NCBI GenBank assembly: GCA_035633175.1
Contig: DASQFK010000056.1
Coordinates: 178-32,177 of the forward strand
Direction of reading: 5' to 3'
Source: Methylotenera sp.
GTDB taxonomy: Bacteria > Pseudomonadota > Gammaproteobacteria > Burkholderiales > Methylophilaceae
DNA length: 32,000 nt
A program made the translations under genes and the position numbers. The notes beneath the pieces are model-generated. The model had not been told where the DNA came from. It was given only the letters and a program-made list of their open reading frames with translations, and searched no databases. This document shows, piece after piece, positions 27,839 to 32,000 of this stretch; position 1 is the stretch's first letter; each line of letters starts with the position of its first letter.

Positions 27839-27873
27839 ATATTATTGACAAATATAATATATGTCAATAATAT
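27839..27873. promoter_or_regulatory. operator palindrome in the divergent promoter region
   Basis: ATATTATTGACA-11 nt-TGTCAATAATAT, with perfect 12-bp arms, 30 nt upstream of the ArsR-family gene start. Confidence 0.6.
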
Positions 27874-27959
27874 CATTGTTAATATATTGTATTTTTATTA
27901 AATGTAAGCTAGAACGTCTTTAATGAATCGCTCGTGTTGTAACTATTAGGAGAATCAAA

Positions 27960-28922
27960 ATGAAAGCATTACGTTTTATAGCAATCATGGTATTAGCCAT
28001 ATTTTCTACCGCAGTATCAGCCGGTGAGTTTGGCAATAACTGTACAACTAGTATGGCTGCTGGGTTAATAGTGCCGAGTGACTGTTCACAAAACTCTGTA
28101 TTTGAGGGTAAGACTTATTGCTTTGGTACTGACAAATCAAAGGCAGCATTTGATAAAGCGCCTAACAAAAAAGAGATTATTGCAAAAGCAGCTGTCGAAT
28201 ATGCCAAAACTCAAGAAGTAGAGCGAGTAAAAATTACTCAAGAACAAGCATTAGCAGAAATCAAAAAACCTAGCTGTGATTTATCGAATAAAGATGTTGG
28301 TTATCTGAATTTTGATGGTATGGATTTGCGCCACTGCAAAATGGAAAACATCAGCTTTTTTGGCTCATATTTACGCGGAGCAAATTTAAGTGGAGCCAAT
28401 TTACAACGCTCTTATTTGAATTTAGCGCGCTTAGAAGGTACCAATCTTAGCAACGCAAACTTAACTGATGCCATCATTTTCCAGGCCATCTTTGATAAAA
28501 CAAATTTTAAGGGTGCTAACCTGACTAACGCACGCATGATTGGTACTCTAGGTAAAGTTGATATGAGTGGCGCAAATGTGCAAAAAGGTAAATTCGGTTT
28601 AGACATGGGCAATCAGCCTATGGGTCAGATGAAATTTGACACAGTAGGCGCTGATTTTTCAAATACTAACTTTGAGGGTGCCGACTTAAATATCGCTAGC
28701 TTCTTGTTTGCGAATTTGCGCGGTGCAAACTTAAGCCATACAAATATGTATCGTGCAGAATTAGGTCAAGCTGATCTCACTGGTGCAAATCTCACGGGGG
28801 CCAATATGACTGATGCTTTAGTTGATGATGCCAATTTCGCAAATGTCATTGGATTAGATAGCGTTAAAGGTTTTGAAACAGTTAAAGGAAAATGTAAAAA
28901 CTGTGACTATAAGAAAAAGTAA
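27960..28922 (+). CDS. exported pentapeptide-repeat protein with Cys-rich YHS-like N-terminal segment
   Basis: Signal peptide. Many A(D/N)LxG repeats (GANLSGANLQRSYLNLARLEGTNLSNANLTDA...). Confidence 0.8.
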   Translation: MKALRFIAIMVLAIFSTAVSAGEFGNNCTTSMAAGLIVPSDCSQNSVFEGKTYCFGTDKSKAAFDKAPNKKEIIAKAAVEYAKTQEVERVKITQEQALAEIKKPSCDLSNKDVGYLNFDGMDLRHCKMENISFFGSYLRGANLSGANLQRSYLNLARLEGTNLSNANLTDAIIFQAIFDKTNFKGANLTNARMIGTLGKVDMSGANVQKGKFGLDMGNQPMGQMKFDTVGADFSNTNFEGADLNIASFLFANLRGANLSHTNMYRAELGQADLTGANLTGANMTDALVDDANFANVIGLDSVKGFETVKGKCKNCDYKKK

Positions 28923-28982
28923 TATTTGATCAAAGATTTAGCCATTAATACAATTGCTGAAAAATAGTGAATTAATTAATGG

Positions 28983-29204
28983 CTGCTTTGGGCCGGAAGC
29001 AGTCAATTTCAAAGGGTAATCACATATTTAATGAAACTATAAATAAAAGGTTATAATTTAGTTGCCTGTACATACCGAAGTGATGAAAATTTCGTACAAG
29101 TTCCACCTGAAAAGGTTTCCGCCAAAGTGCAGATATTCTAAGAGATTCGGTTAGCAATAAAGAAAAGGCTCCTAACGGAGCCTTTTCTTTTATAAACTCT
29201 TTGA
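28983..29204 (+). ncRNA. ~222-bp element copy C: REP-like hairpin, TATAAT box, structured core and intrinsic terminator (candidate sRNA)
   Basis: ctgctt-tgggccgg-aagcag hairpin at 28983-29002, TATAAT at 29052-57, and terminator aaaaggctcc-taac-ggagcctttt plus T-tract at 29164-29190. Lies 60 nt 3' of the plus-strand pentapeptide gene. Confidence 0.5.
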
Positions 29205-29207
29205 TAG

Positions 29208-29423
29208 CTATACAACCCCACCATAACTTATGGCACTAAGTATTTTTTTAACTTCCATAAGTCCTGATTCTGATTCAGCCATTGATATTGGGGTCGCTCC
29301 TAAAGCAAAGTTTTCTTTCTGGAGCCATGCATCTGCCATAGTTTTAGTACCAAACGTTTCAATAGCAAGTGCTTGCAATTCGTCGATACGAAGTTCTACC
29401 TCTGATTTTGTTGTCATCTGCAA
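29208..29423 (-). CDS. DUF2384 (ParS/MbcA/Xre-type antitoxin toxin-binding domain) protein, orphan
   Basis: 71 aa. ALAIETFGTKTMADAWLQKENFALGATPISMAESESGLMEVKKIL fits the DUF2384 pattern. No RES-domain ORF follows it. Confidence 0.65.
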   Translation of the reverse strand: MQMTTKSEVELRIDELQALAIETFGTKTMADAWLQKENFALGATPISMAESESGLMEVKKILSAISYGGVV

Positions 29424-29751
29424 TCTCCTTAGATATCGACTTAAGACAATTCATTATAAACCGTTCACTTATTTTTATAAAAACTGGCAGTCATTAGCGT
29501 ATTAATGGCCTTTTATGTTTCAGGATAGAGTTAGTTAATACATTCTGTGAAAAATTAGCAATTAGTTACTTACCAGATAAAAAAGCATGAATTATCAGGC
29601 TTTTTACTAGTGCTTTATGCGGTTGGTGCTAGCGACTTATGAGGTAGAACTAGTCGCTTATGGGGTGTTGCACAAAATCCTATTAAAACAACAGAAATTA
29701 AATCAGGCGCAGGGAACAAGCGTGACTATCGGTCACGCTTGTATACAGAAA

Positions 29752-29997
29752 CTAGCTTACAGTCACCTCAATAATTACCCGCTGTATATAAAATCCCACA
29801 GAGTTGATAGCTGTCACTGCTGCTTGATAATCGAAACCAATAGCAGGTTTTAGTTCATGGATGTTAAAGCCAAGCTTGAATCGTGATACTTGTTTAAAGT
29901 CTGAGTCATCCAATATTAAATTGTGTAGCGATTGGCCACCACGAACGACAAGAAATTTAGAACTATTTGAATTGCTTTTGTATAAATCGAATTGCAT
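29752..29997 (-). CDS. hypothetical protein
   Basis: 81-aa ORF. The hairpin aagcgtgac-tatc-ggtcacgctt lies just 3' (29717-29745). Confidence 0.4.
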   Translation of the reverse strand: MQFDLYKSNSNSSKFLVVRGGQSLHNLILDDSDFKQVSRFKLGFNIHELKPAIGFDYQAAVTAINSVGFYIQRVIIEVTVS

Positions 29998-30104
29998 TTT
30001 ATTTCCCTAAAAAGATTAATATTAGCCACAGTAAAAACAACCTGGGCATATGTATTTAGTCTTTGTACAAAGAAAGAATGCTTATTTTTCGATTTATTTT
30101 GCAA

Positions 30105-30584
30105 TTATTTTTGCCATTCTTGAAAAGGAAAACTGATAAGGCTTGAATTATAGTATTTAGGGTCACCCGTCACTTCCGCGCCAATCCAATCAGGTACCGG
30201 AAAGACTTCATCTTCGCTTCTCAGCTCAATCTCAGCAATGACTAACCCTTCATTGTCATCTGCAAAGACATCAACCTCCCACGTAAAGCCCTCATAATTG
30301 ACTTTATAGCGTGTTTTATTAATCACTGGACCTTCACACATGGTTATCATGGATCTAGCGTCTAAGAGGGGTACTTCGTATTCAAACTCTGCGCGTGTTG
30401 CTCCGTGATTTTCACCTTTGATAGTTAGAAAAGCTTTGTCTCCAGCGACCCTAACTCGGACTGTGCGGGATTTATCACGGCTTAGATAGGCTTGAATCAT
30501 TTGAATGCTAGGCGCATTTTTCCATCCCTCACCTATAACCAGGTACTTACGTTCAATTTCGATCGCCATATTAATATTTACCAA
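30105..30584 (-). CDS. CYTH-domain protein (second paralog)
   Basis: IEIERKYLV, ATRAEFEYEVP, WEVDVF, GLVIAEIEL. Collinear with the cassette CYTH protein at 2316-2816. Confidence 0.85.
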   Translation of the reverse strand: MVNINMAIEIERKYLVIGEGWKNAPSIQMIQAYLSRDKSRTVRVRVAGDKAFLTIKGENHGATRAEFEYEVPLLDARSMITMCEGPVINKTRYKVNYEGFTWEVDVFADDNEGLVIAEIELRSEDEVFPVPDWIGAEVTGDPKYYNSSLISFPFQEWQK

Positions 30585-30616
30585 CTGTTGTGAAGTTTGT
30601 CATAGGTAATTGATTA

Positions 30617-31030
30617 TCAGCCTTTCCGATTACGATATGCTTCAGCGGAATCGGGGTCTGATGGAGTCCTGTAAGCGGATTCCCGTTCTTTTGGATAGTT
30701 TAAAGAAAACGTTTTCTCATATTTGACTACAGGCTTTGGCAATAAACCTAAATCAGACTTCTTAACTGCCTGAGTCCACCCACGCTCATAACAGTTAAAT
30801 TCATGGCTGTTTAGAGTGTACGGATTAAGGTATTTCTCACCAGTGAGATAGGCATTTTCGGCAGCACGTTCAATAGAATCGACCATTTGGTTATATGTTG
30901 AGCATAAAAGAATTATTGATAGTACTATCTTTGAAAAATTAAATAGATGGCAGCTAAGCTTGCGGTAATTAGCGGAAAATGTAAATGGCACAAGCCTCGT
31001 GAGTTTTATTCCACTAGGAATCAATTGCAT
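30617..31030 (-). CDS. Rmf/CrpP-like small protein (start likely internal, near 30886)
   Basis: AAENAYLTGEKYLNPY...YERGW fits the G..A..G....NPY...W..GW pattern of the Rmf/CrpP fold. The N-terminal 48 codons of the ORF look non-coding. Confidence 0.5.
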   Translation of the reverse strand: MQLIPSGIKLTRLVPFTFSANYRKLSCHLFNFSKIVLSIILLCSTYNQMVDSIERAAENAYLTGEKYLNPYTLNSHEFNCYERGWTQAVKKSDLGLLPKPVVKYEKTFSLNYPKERESAYRTPSDPDSAEAYRNRKG

Positions 31031-31235
31031 TAATTGCTGCTTGAATTCCGAGCTCTGCCTGCTCTAGTTGATAGATGTATGACTGTAATTTTATTCCAGG
31101 CTGACCCTTCTGAAGAGTTGGATGCATATTGTCTAGATCTTGCTGTTTAGCCTCTTTCACCTGCAAGATATCTTCGATGGCTAAAGATAACTTGACACTT
31201 AATTCGAGTAACTTTTCTATACGTTCTTGTTTCAT
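31014..31235 (-). CDS. hypothetical coiled-coil protein
   Basis: 73-aa ORF whose start overlaps the stop of the upstream SRAP gene by 4 nt. Confidence 0.45.
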   Translation of the reverse strand: MKQERIEKLLELSVKLSLAIEDILQVKEAKQQDLDNMHPTLQKGQPGIKLQSYIYQLEQAELGIQAAINAIDS

Positions 31236-31873
31236 GTTTTCGGTGCCGGTTCACTTACAAGGAAACCAGGTGGCGCTAACGTTAACATACCCAATGCTTC
31301 CTCCTGGGTGGCATTAAACCAATCATGGTACTGGTTATCCTGCAGGACTACTATGGATCGCTTTTCTTTAGTGGGTCTATGAAAATGCTGCATGACTTCG
31401 TGACCATCCGCGTTAATGGTTAACATTGAGAATGAGTGAATAACTTCTGCTGTTTCTTTGTTAACTATTCGATCCCATATGGAAGCCACAGCAATTGGTT
31501 GTCCGTCAGCTCTTTTGATACGCCAGCGTACAGCTTTATCGGTTTCCCAGTTAGGCTCAAAGAAACTTTCAAGGAGGACTACCCCAAATCTCCGCTCTTT
31601 CCAGGCTGACCTGAAAGCTGGCTTTTCTGCAACTGATTCAGTGCGCGCGTTGTACGTATGCAGACCGAAATTCTTTTTATCCGCCGCCCAAAATGGCACT
31701 AGTCCAAATTGTGAAAGATCACAGCGAGGCATTCCTTTATCTAAAGTTATAAAAGGTGAAGCGTACGTTGGGTAAATCTCTTCTCGCCAAGGATTATCAG
31801 GGAGGTCAACACTGAAGTGCTGTTTAACCCAAGGGTTGTGATGATTTTTGATAGGCTGGTAGTTGCTGCACAT
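31232..31873 (-). CDS. SOS response-associated peptidase (SRAP/YedK-like abasic-site processing protein)
   Basis: An MCSNY N-terminus (Cys2 nucleophile) results if the start is the third Met codon of the ORF. YNARTES, FEPNWE and ML(T)INA motifs are present. Confidence 0.85.
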   Translation of the reverse strand: MCSNYQPIKNHHNPWVKQHFSVDLPDNPWREEIYPTYASPFITLDKGMPRCDLSQFGLVPFWAADKKNFGLHTYNARTESVAEKPAFRSAWKERRFGVVLLESFFEPNWETDKAVRWRIKRADGQPIAVASIWDRIVNKETAEVIHSFSMLTINADGHEVMQHFHRPTKEKRSIVVLQDNQYHDWFNATQEEALGMLTLAPPGFLVSEPAPKT

Positions 31874-32000
31874 AATCAACTATTCCTTTAAATTTCGCGT
31901 TACCGTTTGACTAGTTTTTGGTATGCCGAAATTGCCAAGGAGCTATTGGATTATGGTCTACCCATAAACCAACGTTGTTAGCCTCAGCACCTTCTTGGGC

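Noticed and set aside
29617-30104. ORFs 29617-29853 (+) and 29916-30104 (-).
   Set aside because: They overlap the better-supported 81-aa ORF or intergenic hairpins, have odd composition, and have no RBS or motifs.

Overview
This is an AT-rich, probably proteobacterial accessory region built from several unrelated modules.

(1) 1-5.9 kb: three integron-type gene cassettes, each ending in a conserved ~58-bp attC site (874-931, 2249-2307, 2785-2839). They carry small ORFs, an alpha/beta-hydrolase with membrane helices, and a CYTH protein. Methyltransferase, ArsR and DCC genes follow. No integrase lies next to this array.

(2) 5.9-11.7 kb: a hydrolase cluster. It holds an exported protein of unknown family, a leaderless S8 subtilase, a leaderless class-3 lipase and a lipoprotein alpha/beta-hydrolase. 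This is my best candidate for an undescribed functional module.

(3) 12.0-14.8 kb: an SOS-mutagenesis module, with a LexA-like S24 repressor divergent from umuD-umuC and a decayed dnaQ-like exonuclease gene.

(4) 15.4-20.7 kb: a visibly GC-rich, horizontally acquired ptxABCDE phosphite-oxidation operon with a Pho-box-like site. Two Tn3-family 38-bp terminal repeats bracket it in the same orientation.

(5) 20.7-23.7 kb: recombinase debris (a tyrosine-recombinase-like fragment, a truncated IS30-family transposase, an IS3 orfA stub). This abuts a 3'-truncated integron integrase intI, a candidate attI, and one methyltransferase cassette. That cassette's attC is nearly identical to attC 874-931.

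(6) 23.8-27.8 kb: a sulfide-detoxification operon (BigR/SqrR-like ArsR repressor, type II SQR, TauE, persulfide dioxygenase, split YeeE/YedE) with a perfect operator palindrome.

(7) 28-32 kb: a pentapeptide-repeat protein, an orphan DUF2384 antitoxin-like gene, a second CYTH paralog, an Rmf/CrpP-like protein and an SRAP (YedK-like) gene.

A ~222-bp element that looks like a promoter-plus-terminator sRNA occurs three times, always just 3' of a same-strand gene. Two inverted copies bracket the whole 13.9-kb ptx/integron/sulfide segment. I saw no CRISPR array, rRNA or tRNA. All calls rest on reading the sequence and on recalled family motifs; no database search was run.
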